The translations under genes and the position numbers were made by a program. The notes beneath the pieces are model-generated. The model worked only from the letters and a program-made list of their open reading frames with translations. It did no database searches and was not told where the DNA came from. DNA of 64,000 nt from Eledone cirrhosa (taxonomy: Eukaryota). The stretch is taken from contig OZ024746.1 of the NCBI GenBank assembly GCA_964016885.1, positions 83,328,001 through 83,392,000 on the forward strand. The letters are read 5' to 3'. Within the stretch, counting starts at the first letter, position 1. Each line of letters starts with the position of its first letter. Below, one piece after another: positions 1-15,000 of the stretch.

Positions 1-3000
1 TATGGGGGGGGTCCGTTTTTTATTTGGGTACCCCGTTTTTTATTTGGGTGCCCCGTTTTTTTATGGGGGGGTCCGTTTTTTATTTGGGTGCCCCGTTTTT
101 TTATGGGGGGGGTCCGTTTTTTATTTGGGTACCCCGTTTTTTTATGGGGGGGTCCGTTTTTTATTTGGGTGCCCCGTTTTTTTATGGGGGGGGTCCGTTT
201 TTTATTTGGGTACCCAGTTTTTTATTTGGGTGCCCCGTTTTTTTATGGGGGGGTCCGTTTTTTATTTGGGTGCCCCGTTTTTTTATGGGGGGGGTCAGTT
301 ATTTTATTTATTTGGGTACCCCGTTTTTTATTTGGGTGCCCCGTTTTTTTATGGGGGGGTCCGTTTTTTATTTGGGTACCCCGTTTTTTTATGGGGGGGG
401 TCCGTTTTTTATTTGGGTGCCCCGTTTTTTTATGGGGGGGGTCCGTTTTTTATTTGGGTGCCCCGTTTTTTTTATGGGGGGGTCCCGTTTTTTATTTGGG
501 TGCCCCGTTTTTTTATGGGGGGGTCCGTTTTTTATTTGGGTACCCCGTTTTTTATTTGGGTGCCCCGTTTTTTTATGGGGGGGGTCCGTTTTTTATTTGG
601 GTGCCCCGTTTTTTTTATGGGGGGGGTCCGTTTTTTATTTGGGTGCCCCGTTTTTTTTATGGGGGGGGTCCGTTTTTTATTTGGGTACCCCGTTTTTTAT
701 TTGGGTGCCCCGTTTTTTTATGGGGGGGGTCCGTTTTTTATTTGGGTGCCCCGTTTTTTTATGGGGGGGTCCGTTTTTTATTTGGGTGCCCCGTTTTTTT
801 ATGGGGGGGTCCCGTTTTTTATTTGGGTGCCCCTTTTTTTTATGGGGGGGGTCCGTTTTTTATTTGGGTACCCCGTTTTTTATTTGGGTGCCCCGTTTTT
901 TTATGGGGGGGTCCGTTTTTTATTTGGGTGCCCCGTTTTTTTTATGGGGGAGTCCGTTTTTTGGGTGCCCCGTTTTTTTATGGGGGGGTCCCGTTTTTTA
1001 TTTGGGTGCCCCGTTTTTTTATGGGGGGGGTCCGTTTTTTATTTGGGTACCCCGTTTTTTATTTGGGTGCCCCGTTTTTTTATGGGGGGGTCCGTTTTTT
1101 ATTTGGGGGCCCCGTTTTTTTATGGGGGGGGTCCGTTTTTTATTTGGGTACCCCGTTTTTTTATGGGGGGGGTCCGTTTTTTATTTGGGTGCCCCGTTTT
1201 TTTATGGGGGGGGTCCGTTTTTTATTTGGGTGCTCCGTTTTTTTATGGGGGGGTCCCGTTTTTTATTTGGGTGCCCCGTTTTTTTATGGGGGGGGTCCGT
1301 TTTTTATTTGGGTACCCCGTTTTTTATTTTGGGTGCCCCGTTTTTTTTATGGGGGGGGTCCGTTTTTTATTTGGGTGCCCCGTTTTTTTATGGGGGGGTC
1401 CGTTTTTTATTTGGATGCCCCGTTTTTTTATGGGGGGGTCCCGTTTTTTATTTGGGTGCCCCGTTTTTTTTATGGGGGGGGTCCGTTTTTTATTTGGGTA
1501 CCCCGTTTTTTATTTGGGTGCCCCGTTTTTTTATGGGGGGGTACGTTTTTTATTTGGGTGCCCCGTTTTTTTATGGGGGGGTCCGTTTTTTTATGGGGGG
1601 GGTCCGTTTTTTATTTGGGTGCCCCGTTTTTTTTATGGGGGGGGGTCCGTTTTTTATTTGGGTGCCCCGTTTTTTTATGGGGGGGTCCCGTTTTTTATTT
1701 GGGTGCCCCGTTTTTTTTATGGGGGGGGGTCCGTTTTTTATTTGGGTGCCCCGTTTTTTTTATGGGGGGGGGTCCGTTTTCTATTTGGGTACCCCGTTTT
1801 TTATTTGGGTGCCCCGTTTTTTTTATGGGGGGGTCCGTTTTTTATTTGGGTGCCCCGTTTTTTTATGGGGGGGTCCGTTTTTTATTTGGGTGCCCCTTTT
1901 TTTTATGGGGGGGGTCCGTTTTTTATTTGGGTGCCCCGTTTTTTTATGGGGGGGGTCCGTTTTTTATTTGGGTACCCCGTTTTTTATTTGGGTGCCCCGT
2001 TTTTTTATGGGGGGGTCCCGTTTTTTATTTGGGTGCCCCGTTTTTTTTATGGGGGGGGTCCGTTTTTTATTTGGGTGCCCCGTTTTTTTTATGGGGGGGG
2101 GTCCGTTTTCTATTTGGGTACCCCGTTTTTTATTTGGGTGCCCCGTTTTTTTATGGGGGGGTCCGTTTTTTATTTGGGTGCCCCGTTTTTTTATGGGGGG
2201 GTCCGTTTTTTATTTGGGTACCCCGTTTTTTATTTGGGTGCCCCGTTTTTTTATGGGGGGGGTCCGTTTTTTATTTGGGTGCCCCTTTTTTTTATGGGGG
2301 GGGTCCGTTTTTTATTTGGGTGCCCCGTTTTTTTATGGGGGGGTCCCGTTTTTTATTTGGGTGCCCCTTTTTTTTATGGGGGGGGTCCGTTTTTTATTTG
2401 GGTGCCCCGTTTTTTTTATGGGGGGGGGGTCCGTTTTTTATTTGGGTACCCCGTTTTTTATTTGGGTGCCCCGTTTTTTTATGGGGGGGGTCCGTTTTTT
2501 ATTTGGGTACCCCGTTTTTTATTTGGGTGCCCCGTTTTTTTATGGGGGGGGGTACGTTTTTTATTTGGGTGCCCCGTTTTTTTATGGGGGGGTCCGTTTT
2601 TTATTTGGGTGCCCCGTTTTTTTATGGGGGGGTCCGTTTTTTATTTGGGTGCCCCGTTTTTTTTATGGGGGGGGTCCGTTTTTTATTTGGGTGCCCCGTT
2701 TTTTTATGGGGGGGGGTCCGTTTTTTATTTGGGTGCCCCCTTTTTTTATGGGGGGGGGGTCAGTTTTTTATTTGGGTACCCCGTTTTTTATTTGGGTGCC
2801 CCGTTTTTTTATGGGGGGGTCCGTTTTTTATGGGGGGTCCCGTTTTTTATTTGGGTGCCCCTTTTTTTATGGGGGGGGTCCGTTTTTTATTTGGGTACCC
2901 CGTTTTTTATTTGGGTGCCCCGTTTTTTTATGGGGGGGTCCGTTTTTTATTTGGGTGCCCCGTTTTTTTATGGGGGGGGTCCGTTTTTTATTTGGGTGCC

Positions 3001-6000
3001 CCGTTTTTTTATGGGGGGGTCCCGTTTTTTATTTGGGTGCCCCGTTTTTTTATGGGGGGGGTCCGTTTTTTATTTGGGTACCCCGTTTTTTATTTGGGTG
3101 CCCCGTTTTTTTATGGGGGGGTCCGTTTTTTATTTGGGTGCCCCGTTTTTTTATGGGGGGGGTCCGTTTTTTATTTGGGTACCCCGTTTTTTTATGGGGG
3201 GGTCCGTTTTTTATTTGGGTGCCCCGTTTTTTTATGGGGGGGGTCCGTTTTTTATTTGGGTACCCAGTTTTTTATTTGGGTGCCCCGTTTTTTTATGGGG
3301 GGGTCCGTTTTTTATTTGGGTGCCCCGTTTTTTTATGGGGGGGGTCAGTTATTTATTTGGGTACCCCGTTTTTTATTTGGGTGCCCCGTTTTTTTATGGG
3401 GGGGTCCGTTTTTTATTTGGGTACCCCGTTTTTTTATGGGGGGGGTCCGTTTTTTATTTGGGTGCCCCGTTTTTTTATGGGGGGGGTCCGTTTTTTATTT
3501 GGGTGCCCCGTTTTTTTATGGGGGGGTCCCGTTTTTTATTTGGGTGCCCCGTTTTTTTATGGGGGGGGTCCGTTTTTTATTTGGGTACCCCGTTTTTTAT
3601 TTGGGTGCCCCGTTTTTTTATGGGGGGGGTCCGTTTTTTATTTGGGTACCCCGTTTTTTATTTGGGTGCCCCGTTTTTTTATGGGGGGGGGTCCGTTTTT
3701 TATTTGGGTGCCCCGTTTTTTATGGGGGGGGTCCGTTTTTTATTTGGGTGCCCCGTTTTTTTTATGGGGGGGGTCCGTTTTTTATTTGGGTACCCCGTTT
3801 TTTATTTGGGTGCCCCGTTTTTTTATGGGGGGGGTCCGTTTTTTATTTGGGTGCCCCGTTTTTTTATGGGGGGGTCCGTTTTTTATTTGGGTGCCCCGTT
3901 TTTTTATGGGGGGGTCCCGTTTTTTATTTGGGTGCCCCTTTTTTTTATGGGGGGGGTCCGTTTTTTATTTGGGTACCCCGTTTTTTATTTGGGTGCCCCG
4001 TTTTTTTATGGGGGGGTCCGTTTTTTATTTGGATGCCCCGTTTTTTTATGGGGGGGTCCCGTTTTTTATTTGGGTGTCCCGTTTTTTTATGGGGGGGTCC
4101 CGTTTTTTATTTGGGTGCCCCGTTTTTTTATGGGGGGGGTCCGTTTTTTATTTGGGTACCCCGTTTTTTATTTGGGTGCCCCGTTTTTTTATGGGGGGGT
4201 CCGTTTTTTATTTGGGTGCCCCGTTTTTTTATGGGGGGGGTCCGTTTTTTTATGGGGGGGGTCCGTTTTTTATTTGGGTGCCCCGTTTTTTTATGGGGGG
4301 GTCCGTTTTTTATTTGGGTGCCCCGTTTTTTTATGGGGGGGTCCCGTTTTTTATTTGGGTGCCCCGTTTTTTTATGGGGGGGGTCCGTTTTTTATTTGGG
4401 TGCCCCGTTTTTTTATGAGGGGGTCCGTTTTTTATTTGGGTGCCCCGTTTTTTTATGGGGGGGTCCCGTTTTTTATTTGGGTGCCCCTTTTTTTTATGGG
4501 GGGGGTCCGTTTTTTATTTGGGTGCCCCGTTTTTTTATTTGGGTGCCCCGTTGTTTTATGGGGGGGTGTCCGTTTTTTATTTGGGTACCCCGTTTTTTAT
4601 TTGGGTGCCCCGTTTTTTTATGGGGGGGGTCCGTTTTTTATTTGGGTGCCCCGTTTTTTTATGGGGGGGGTCCGTTTTTTATTTGGGTGCCCCGTTTTTT
4701 TATGGGGGGGTCCCGTTTTTTATTTGGGTGCCCCGTTTTTTTATGGGGGGGGTCCGTTTTTTATTTGGGTGCCCCGTTTTTTTTATGGGGGGGTCCGTTT
4801 TTTATTTGGGTACCCCGTTTTTTATTTGGGTGCCCCGTTTTTTTATGGGGGGGGTCCGTTTTTTATTTGGGTACCCCGTTTTTTATTTGGGTGCCCCGTT
4901 TTTTTATGGGGGGGGTCCGTTTTTTATTTGGGTACCCCGTTTTTTATTTGGGTGCCCCGTTTTTTTATGGGGGGGTCCGTTTTTTATTTGGGTGCCCCGT
5001 TTTTTTATGGGGGGGGTCCGTTTTTTATTTGGGTACCCCGTTTTTTTATGGAGGGGGTCCGTTTTTTATTTGGGTGCCCCGTTTTTTTATGGGGGGGGTC
5101 CGTTTTTTATTTGGGTGCCCCGTTTTTTTATGGGGGGGTCCCGTTTTTTATTTGGGTGCCCCGTTTTTTTATGGGGGAGGTCCGTTTTTTATTTGGGTAC
5201 CCCGTTTTTTATTTGGGTGCCCCGTTTTTTTATGGGGGGGGTCCGTTTTTTATTTGGGTGCCCCGTTTTTTTATGGGGGGGGTCCGTTTTTTATTTGGGT
5301 ACCCCGTTTTTTTATGGAGGGGGTCCGTTTTTTATTTGGGTGCCCCGTTTTTTTATGGGGGGGGTCCGTTTTTTATTTGGGTGCCCCGTTTTTTTATGGG
5401 GGGGTCCCGTTTTTTATTTGGGTGCCCCGTTTTTTTATGGGGGAGGTCCGTTTTTTATTTGGGTACCCCGTTTTTTATTTGGGTGCCCCGTTTTTTTATG
5501 GGGGGGGTCCGTTTTTTATTTGGGTGCCCCGTTTTTTTATGGGGGGGGTCAGTTTTTTATTTGGGTACCCCGTTTTTTATTTGGGTGCCCCGTTTTTTTA
5601 TGGGGGGGGTCCGTTTTTTATTTGGGTGCCCCGTTTTTTTATGGGGGGGGTCCGTTTTTTATTTGGGTGCCCCGTTTTTTTATGGGGGGGTCCGTTTTTT
5701 ATTTGGGTGCCCCGTTTTTTTATGGGGGGTCCCGTTTTTTATTTGGGTGCCTCGTTTTTTTATGGGGGGTCCGTTTTTTATTTGGGTACCCCGTTTTTTA
5801 TTTGGGTGCCCCGTTTTTTTATGGGGGGGGTCCGTTTTTTATTTGGGTGCCCCGTTTTTTTATGGGGGGGGTCCGTTTTTTATTTGGGTGCCCCGTTTTT
5901 TTATGGGGGGGTCCCGTTTTTTATTTGGGTGCCCCTTTTTTTTATGGGGGGGGTCCGTTTTTTATTTGGGTACCCCGTTTTTTATTTGGGTGCCCCGTTT

Positions 6001-9000
6001 TTTTATGGGGGGGTCCGTTTTTTATTTGGGTGCCCCGTTTTTTTATGGGGGGGGGTCCGTTTTTTATTTGGGTGCCCCGTTTTTTTATTTGGGTGCCCCG
6101 TTGTTTTATGGGGGGGTGTCCGTTTTTTATTTGGGTACCCCGTTTTTTATTTGGGTGCCCCGTTTTTTTATGGGGGGTCCCGTTTTTTATTTGGGTGCCC
6201 CGTTTTTTTATGGGGGGGGTTCGTTTTTTATTTGGGTACCCCGTTTTTTATTTGGGTGCCCCGTTTTTTTATAGGGGGGGTCCGTTTTTTATTTGGGTGC
6301 CCCGTTTTTTTATGGGGGGGGTCCGTTTTTTATTTGGGTACCCCGTTTTTTATTTGGGTGCCCCGTTTTTTTATGGGGGGGTGTCCGTTTTTTATTTGGG
6401 TACCCCGTTTTTTATTTGGGTGCCCCGTTTTTTATGGGGGGGTCCGTTTTTTATTTGGGTGCCCCGTTTTTTTTATGGGGGGGGTCCGTTTTTTATTTGG
6501 GTACCCCGTTTTTTATTTGGGTGCCCCGTTTTTTTATGGGGGGTCCGTTTTTTATTTGGGTACCCCGTTTTTTATTTGGGTGCCCCGTTTTTTTATGGGG
6601 GGGGTCCGTTTTTTATTTGGGTGCCCCGTTTTTTTATGGGGGGGTCCCGTTTTTTATTTGGGTGCCCCGTTTTTTTATGGGGGGGTCCGTTTTTTATTTG
6701 GGTGCCCCGTTTTTTTATGGGGGGGGTCCGTTTTTTATTTGGGTGCCCCGTTTTTTTATGGGGGGGTCCCGTTTTTTATTTGGGTGCCCCGTTTTTTTGT
6801 GGGGGGGGTCCGTTTTTTATTTGGATGCCCCTTTTTTTTTATGGGGGGGGTCCGTTTTTTATTTGGGTACCCCGTTTTTTATTTGGGTGCCCCGTTTTTT
6901 TATGGGGGGGTCCGTTTTTTATTTGGGTGCCCCGTTTTTTTATGGGGGGGTCATTTTTTTATTTGGGTGCCCCGTTTTTTTATGGGGGGATCCGTTTTTT
7001 ATTTGGGTGCCCCGTTTTTTATTTGGGTGTCCCGTTTTTTTATGGGGGGTCCGTTTTTTATTTGGGTGCCCCGTTTTTTTATGGGGGGGTCCGTTTTTTA
7101 TTTGGGTACCACGTTTTTTATTTGGGTGCCCCGTTTTTTTATGGGGGGGTCCGTTTTTTATTTGGGTGCCCCTTTTTTTTATGGGGGGGGTCCGTTTTTT
7201 ATTTGGGTGCCCCGTTTTTTTATGGGGGGGTCCCGTTTTTTATTTGGGTGCCCCTTTTTTTATGGGGGGGGTCCGTTTTTTATTTGGGTACCCCGTTTTT
7301 TATTTGGGTGCCCCGTTTTTTTATGGGGGGGGTCCGTTTTTTATTTGGGTGCCCCGTTTTTTTATGGGGGGGTCCCGTTTTTTATTTGGGTGCCCCGTTT
7401 TTTTATGGGGGGGGTCCGTTTTTTATTTGGGTACCCCGTTTTTTATTTGGGTGCCCCGTTTTTTTATGGGGGGGGTCCGTTTTTTATTTGGGTGCCCCGT
7501 TTTTTTATGGGGGGGGTCCGTTTTTTATTTGGGTGCCCCGTTTTTTTATGGGGGGATCCGTTTTTTATTTGGGTGCCCCGTTTTTTTATGGGGGGGTCCC
7601 GTTTTTTATTTGGGTGCCCCGTTTTTTATGGGGGGGGGTCCGTTTTTTATTTGGGTGCCCCGTTTTTTTTATGGGGGGGGTCCGTTTTTTATTTGGGTAC
7701 CCCGTTTTTTATTTGGGTGCCCCGTTTTTTTATGGGGGGGGTCCGTTTTTTATTTGGGTGCCCCATTTTTTTATGGGGGGGTCCGTTTTTTTATGGGGGG
7801 GGTCCGTTTTTTATTTGGGTACCCCGTTTTTTATTTGGGTGCCCCGTTTTTTTATGGGGGGGGTCCGTTTTTTATTTGGGTGCCCCGTTTTTTTATGGGG
7901 GGGTCCCGTTTTTTATTTGGGTGCCCCGTTTTTTTATGGGGGGGGGTCCGTTTTTTATTTGGGTACCCCGTTTTTTATTTGGGTGCCCCGTTTTTTTATG
8001 GGGGGGGGTCCGTTTTTTATTTGGGTGCCCCGTTTTTTTATGGGGGGGGTCCGTTTTTTATTTGGGTACCCCGTTTTTTATTTGGGTGCCCCGTTTTTTT
8101 ATGGGGGGGGTCCGTTTTTTATTTGGGTGCCCCATTTTTTTATGGGGGGGTCCGTTTTTTTATGGGGGGGGTCCGTTTTTTATTTGGGTGCCCCGTTTTT
8201 TTATGGGGGGGGTCCGTTTTTTATTTGGGTGCCCCGTTTTTTTATGGGGGGGTCCCGTTTTTTATTTGGGTGCCCCGTTTTTTTATGGGGGGGGTCCGTT
8301 TTTTATTTGGGTGCCCCGTTTTTTTTATGGGGGGGTCCGTTTTTTATTTGGGTACCCCGTTTTTTATTTGGGTGCCCCGTTTTTTTATGGGGGGGGTCCG
8401 TTTTTTATTTGGGTACCCCGTTTTTTATTTGGGTGCCCCGTTTTTTTATGGGGGGGGTCCGTTTTTTATTTGGGTGCCCCGTTTTTTTATGGGGGGGGTC
8501 CGTTTTTTATTTGGGTGCCCCGTTTTTTTATGGGGGGATCCGTTTTTTATTTGGGTGCCCCGTTTTTTTATGGGGGGGGTCCCGTTTTTTATTTGGGTGC
8601 CCCGTTTTTTATGGGGGGGTCCGTTTTTTATTTGGGTGCCCCGTTTTTTTTATGGGGGGGGTCCGTTTTTTATTTGGGTACCCCGTTTTTTATTTGGGTG
8701 CCCCGTTTTTTTATGGGGGGGGTCCGTTTTTTATTTGGGTGCCCCGTTTTTTTATGGGGGGGGTCCGTTTTTTATTTGGGTGCCCCGTTTTTTTATGGGG
8801 GGGTCCCGTTTTTTATTTGGGTGCCCCGTTTTTTTATGGGGGGGTCCGTTTTTTATTTGGATGCCCCTTTTTTTTTATGGGGGGGGTCCGTTTTTTATTT
8901 GGGTACCCCGTTTTTTATTTGGGTGCCCCGTTTTTTTATGGGGGGGTCCGTTTTTTATTTGGGTGCCCCGTTTTTTTATGGGGGGGTCATTTTTTTATTT

Positions 9001-12000
9001 GGGTGCCCCGTTTTTTTATGGGGGGATCCGTTTTTTATTTGGGTGCCCCGTTTTTTATTTGGGTGTCCCGTTTTTTTATGGGGGGTCCGTTTTTTATTTG
9101 GGTGCCCCGTTTTTTTATGGGGGGGTCCGTTTTTTATTTGGGTACCACGTTTTTTATTTGGGTGCCCCGTTTTTTTATGGGGGGGTCCGTTTTTTATTTG
9201 GGTGCCCCTTTTTTTTATGGGGGGGGTCCGTTTTTTATTTGGGTGCCCCGTTTTTTTATGGGGGGGTCCCGTTTTTTATTTGGGTGCCCCTTTTTTTATG
9301 GGGGGGGTCCGTTTTTTATTTGGGTACCCCGTTTTTTATTTGGGTGCCCCGTTTTTTTATGGGGGGGGTCCGTTTTTTATTTGGGTGCCCCGTTTTTTTA
9401 TGGGGGGGTCCCGTTTTTTATTTGGGTGCCCCGTTTTTTTATGGGGGGGGTCCGTTTTTTATTTGGGTACCCCGTTTTTTATTTGGGTGCCCCGTTTTTT
9501 TATGGGGGGGGTCCGTTTTTTATTTGGGTGCCCCGTTTTTTTATGGGGGGGGGTCCGTTTTTTATTTGGGTGCCCCGTTTTTTTATGGGGGGATCCGTTT
9601 TTTATTTGGGTGCCCCGTTTTTTTATGGGGGGGTCCCGTTTTTTATTTGGGTGCCCCGTTTTTTATGGGGGGGGGTCCGTTTTTTATTTGGGTGCCCCGT
9701 TTTTTTTATGGGGGGGGTCCGTTTTTTATTTGGGTACCCCGTTTTTTATTTGGGTGCCCCGTTTTTTTATGGGGGGGGTCCGTTTTTTATTTGGGTGCCC
9801 CATTTTTTTATGGGGGGGTCCGTTTTTTTATGGGGGGGGTCCGTTTTTTATTTGGGTACCCCGTTTTTTATTTGGGTGCCCCGTTTTTTTATGGGGGGGG
9901 TCCGTTTTTTATTTGGGTGCCCCGTTTTTTTATGGGGGGGTCCCGTTTTTTATTTGGGTGCCCCGTTTTTTTATGGGGGGGGGTCCGTTTTTTATTTGGG
10001 TACCCCGTTTTTTATTTGGGTGCCCCGTTTTTTTATGGGGGGGGGTCCGTTTTTTATTTGGGTGCCCCGTTTTTTTATGGGGGGGGTCCGTTTTTTATTT
10101 GGGTACCCCGTTTTTTATTTGGGTGCCCCGTTTTTTTATGGGGGGGGTCCGTTTTTTATTTGGGTGCCCCATTTTTTTATGGGGGGGTCCGTTTTTTTAT
10201 GGGGGGGGTCCGTTTTTTATTTGGGTGCCCCGTTTTTTTATGGGGGGGGTCCGTTTTTTATTTGGGTGCCCCGTTTTTTTATGGGGGGGTCCCGTTTTTT
10301 ATTTGGGTGCCCCGTTTTTTTATGGGGGGGGTCCGTTTTTTATTTGGGTGCCCCGTTTTTTTTATGGGGGGGTCCGTTTTTTATTTGGGTACCCCGTTTT
10401 TTATTTGGGTGCCCCGTTTTTTTATGGGGGGGGTCCGTTTTTTATTTGGGTACCCCGTTTTTTATTTGGGTGCCCCGTTTTTTTATGGGGGGGGTCCGTT
10501 TTTTATTTGGGTGCCCCGTTTTTTTATGGGGGGGGTCCGTTTTTTATTTGGGTGCCCCGTTTTTTTATGGGGGGATCCGTTTTTTATTTGGGTGCCCCGT
10601 TTTTTTATGGGGGGGGTCCCGTTTTTTATTTGGGTGCCCCGTTTTTTATGGGGGGGGTCCGTTTTTTATTTGGGTGCCCCGTTTTTTTTATGGGGGGGGT
10701 CCGTTTTTTATTTGGGTACCCCGTTTTTTATTTGGGTGCCCCGTTTTTTTATGGGGGGGTCCGTTTTTTATTTGGGTGCCCCATTTTTTTATGGGGGGGT
10801 CCGTTTTTTTATGGGGGGGGTCCGTTTTTTATTTGGGTACCCCGTTTTTTATTTGGGTGCCCCGTTTTTTTATGGGGGGGGTCCGTTTTTTATTTGGGTG
10901 CCCCGTTTTTTTATGGGGGGGTCCCGTTTTTTATTTGGGTGCCCCGTTTTTTTATGGGGGGGGTCCGTTTTTTATTTGGGTACCCCGTTTTTTATTTGGG
11001 TGCCCCGTTTTTTTATGGGGGGGGGTCCGTTTTTTATTTGGGTGCCCCGTTTTTTTATGGGGGGGGTCCGTTTTTTATTTGGGTGCCCCGTTTTTTTATG
11101 GGGGGATCCGTTTTTTATTTGGGTGCCCCGTTTTTTTATGGGGGGGTCCCGTTTTTTATTTGGGTGCCCCGTTTTTTATGGGGGGGGTCCGTTTTTTATT
11201 TGGGTGCCCCGTTTTTTTTATGGGGGGGGTCCGTTTTTTATTTGGGTACCCCGTTTTTTATTTGGGTGCCCCGTTTTTTTATGGGGGGGGTCCGTTTTTT
11301 ATTTGGGTGCCCCATTTTTTTATGGGGGGGTCCGTTTTTTTATGGGGGGGGTCCGTTTTTTATTTGGGTGCCCCGTTTTTTTATGGGGGGGGTCCGTTTT
11401 TTATTTGGGTGCCCCGTTTTTTTATGGGGGGGTCCCGTTTTTTATTTGGGTGCCCCGTTTTTTTATGGGGGGGTCCGTTTTTTATTTGGGTGCCCCGTTT
11501 TTTTTATGGGGGGGTCCGTTTTTTATTTGGGTACCCCGTTTTTTATTTGGGTGCCCCGTTTTTTTATGGGGGGGGTCCGTTTTTTATTTGGGTACCCCGT
11601 TTTTTATTTGGGTGCCCCGTTTTTTTATGGGGGGGTCCGTTTTTTATCTGGGTACCCCGTTTTTTATTTGGGTACCCCGTTTTTTATTTGGGTGCCCCGT
11701 TTTTTTATGGGGGGGTCCGTTTTTTATTTGGGTGCCCGTTTTTTATTTGGGTGCCCCGTTTTTTTATGGGGGGGGCCGTTTTTTATTTGGGTGCCCCGTT
11801 TTTTTATGGGGGGGTCCGTTTTTTATTTGGGTACCCCGTTTTTTATTTGGGTGCCCCGTTTTTTTATGGGGGGGGGTCCGTTTTTTAATTGGGTGCCCCG
11901 TTTTTTATTTGGGTGCCCCGTTTTTTTATGGGGGGGGTCCGTTTTTTATTTGGGTGCCCCGTTTTTTTATGGGGGGGTCCGTTTTTTATTTGGGTGCCCC

Positions 12001-15000
12001 GTTTTTTTATGGTGGGGTCCCGTTTTTTATTTGGGTGCCCCGTTTTTTTATGGGGGGGGTCCGTTTTTTATTTGGGTACCCCGTTTTTTATTTGGGTGCC
12101 CCGTTTTTTTATGGGGGGGTCCGTTTTTTATTTGGGTGCCCCGTTTTTTTATGGGGGGGGTCCGTTTTTTATTTGGGTACCCCGTTTTTTTATGGGGGGG
12201 GTCCGTTTTTTATTTGGGTGCCCCGTTTTTTTATGGGGGGGGTCCGTTTTTTATTTGGGTGCCCCGTTTTTTTATGGGGGGGTCCCGTTTTTTATTTGGG
12301 TGCCACGTTTTTTTATGGGGGAGGTCCGTTTTTTATTTGGGTACCCCGTTTTTTATTTGGGTGCCCCGTTTTTTTATGGGGGGGTCCGTTTTTTATTTGG
12401 GTGCCCCGTTTTTTTATGGGGGGGGTCCGTTTTTTATTTGGGTGCCCCGTTTTTTTATGGGGGGGTCCCGTTTTTTATTTGGGTGCCCCGTTTTTTTATG
12501 GGGGGGGTCCGTTTTTTATTTGGGTACCCCGTTTTTTATTTGGGTGCCCCGTTTTTTTATGGGGGGGGGTCCGTTTTTTATTTGGGTACCCCGTTTTTTA
12601 TTTGGGTGCCCCGTTTTTTTATGGGGGGGGGTCCGTTTTTTATTTGGGTGCCCCGTTTTTTTATGGGGGGGGTCCGTTTTTTATTTGGGTGCCCCGTTTT
12701 TTTTATGGGGGGGTCCGTTTTTTATTTGGGTACCCCGTTTTTTATTTGGGTGCCCCGTTTTTTTATGGGGGGGTCCGTTTTTTATTTGGGTGCCCCGTTT
12801 TTTTATGGGGGGTCCGTTTTTTTATGGGGGGGGTCCGTTTTTTATTTGGGTGCCCCGTTTTTTTATGGGGGGGGTCCGTTTTTTATTTGGGTGCCCCGTT
12901 TTTTTATGGGGGGTTCCCGTTTTTTATTTGGGTGCCCCGTTTTTTTATGGGGGGGGTCCGTTTTTTATTTGGGTGCCCCGTTTTTTTTATGGGGGGGGTC
13001 CGTTTTCTATTTGGGTACCCCGTTTTTTATTTGGGTGCCCCGTTTTTTTATGGGGGGGGTCCGTTTTTTATTTGGGTGCCCCGTTGTTTTATGGGGGGGA
13101 TCCGTTTTTTATTTGGGTGCCCCGTTTTATATTTGGGTGCCCCGTTTTTTATTTGGGTGCCCCGTTTTTTTATGGGGGGGACCGTTTTTTATCTGGGTAC
13201 CCCGTTTTTTATTTGGGTACCCCGTTTTTTATTTGGGTGCCCCGTTTTTTTATGGGGGGGGTCCGTTTTTTATTTGGGTGCCCCGTTTTTTTATGGGGGG
13301 GGTCCGTTTTTTATTTGGGTGCCCCGTTTTTTTTATGGGGGGGGTCCGTTTTTTATTTGGGTGCCCCGTTTTTTTATGGGGGGGGTCCGTTTTTTATTTG
13401 GGTGCCCCGTTTTTTTATGGGGGGGTCCCGTTTTTTATTTGGGTGCCCCGTTTTTTTATGGGGGGGGGTCCGTTTTTTATTTGGGTACCCCGTTTTTTAT
13501 TTGGGTGCCCCGTTTTTTTATGGGGGGGTCCGTTTTTTATTTGGGTGCCCCGTTTTTTTATGGGGGGGGTCCGTTTTTTTATGGGGGGGGGTCCGTTTTT
13601 TAATTTGGGTGCCCCGTTTTTTTATGGGGGGGTCCGTTTTTTATTTGGGTGCCCCGTTTTTTTATGGGGGGGTCCCGTTTTTTATTTGGGTGCCCCGTTT
13701 TTTTATGGGGGGGGTCCGTTTTTTATTTGGGTGCCCCGTTTTTTTATGGGGGGGTCCGTTTTTTATTTGGGTGCCCCGTTTTTTTATGGGGGGGTCCCGT
13801 TTTTTATTTGGGTGCCCCTTTTTTTTATGGGGGGGGTCCGTTTTTTATTTGGGTACCCCGTTTTTTATTTGGGTGCCCCGTTTTTTTATGGGGGGGGTCC
13901 GTTTTTTATTTGGATGCCCCGTTTTTTTATGGGGGGGTCCCGTTTTTTATTTGGGTGTCCCGTTTTTTTATGGGGGGGTCTCGTTTTTTATTTGGGTGCC
14001 CCGTTTTTTTATGGGGGGGGGTCCGTTTTTTATTTGGGTACCCCGTTTTTTATTTGGGTGCCCCGTTTTTTTATGGGGGGTCCGTTTTTTATTTGGGTGC
14101 CCCGTTTTTTTATGGGGTGGGGGCCGTTTTTTATTTGGGTACCCCGTTTTTTTATGGGGGGGGGTCCGTTTTTTATTTGGGTGCCCCGTTTTTTTATGGG
14201 GGGGTCCGTTTTTTTATGGGGGGGTCCCGTTTTTTATTTGGGTGCCCCGTTTTTTTATGGGGGGGTCCGTTTTTTATATGGGTACCCCGTTTTTTATTTA
14301 GGTGCCCCGTTTTTTTATGGGGGGGGTCCGTTTTTTATTTGGGTGCCCCGTTTTTTTATGGGGGGGGTCCGTTTTTTATTTGGGTACCCCGTTTTTTATT
14401 TGGGTGCCCCGTTTTTTAATGGGGGGGGTCCGTTTTTTATTTGGGTGCCCCGTTTTTTTATGGGGGGGGTCCGTTTTTTATTTGGATGCCCCGTTTTTTT
14501 ATGGGGGGGTCCCGTTTTTTATTTGGGTGCCCCGTTTTTTTATGGGGGGGGTCCGTTTTTTATTTGGGTGCCCCGTTTTTTTTATGGGGGGGGTCCGTTT
14601 TTTATTTGGGTACCCCGTTTTTTATTTGGGTGCCCCGTTTTTTATGGGGGGGGCCGTTTTTTATTTGGGTGCCCCGTTTTTTTATGGGGGGGGGTCCGTT
14701 TTTTTATGGGGGGGGGTCCGTTTTTTATTTGGGTGCCCCGTTTTTTTATGGGGGGGGTCCGTTTTTTATTTGGGTGCCCCGTTTTTTTTATGGGGGGGGT
14801 CCGTTTTCTATTTGGGTACCCCGTTTTTTATTTGGGTGCCCCGTTTTTTTATGGGGGGGGTCCGTTTTTTATTTGGGTGCCCCGTTTTTTTATGGGGGGG
14901 TCCGTTTTTTATTTGGGTGCCCCGTTTTTTTATGGGGGGGTCCCGTTTTTTATTTGGGTGCCCCGTTTTTTTATGGGGGGGGTCCGTTTTTTATTTGGGT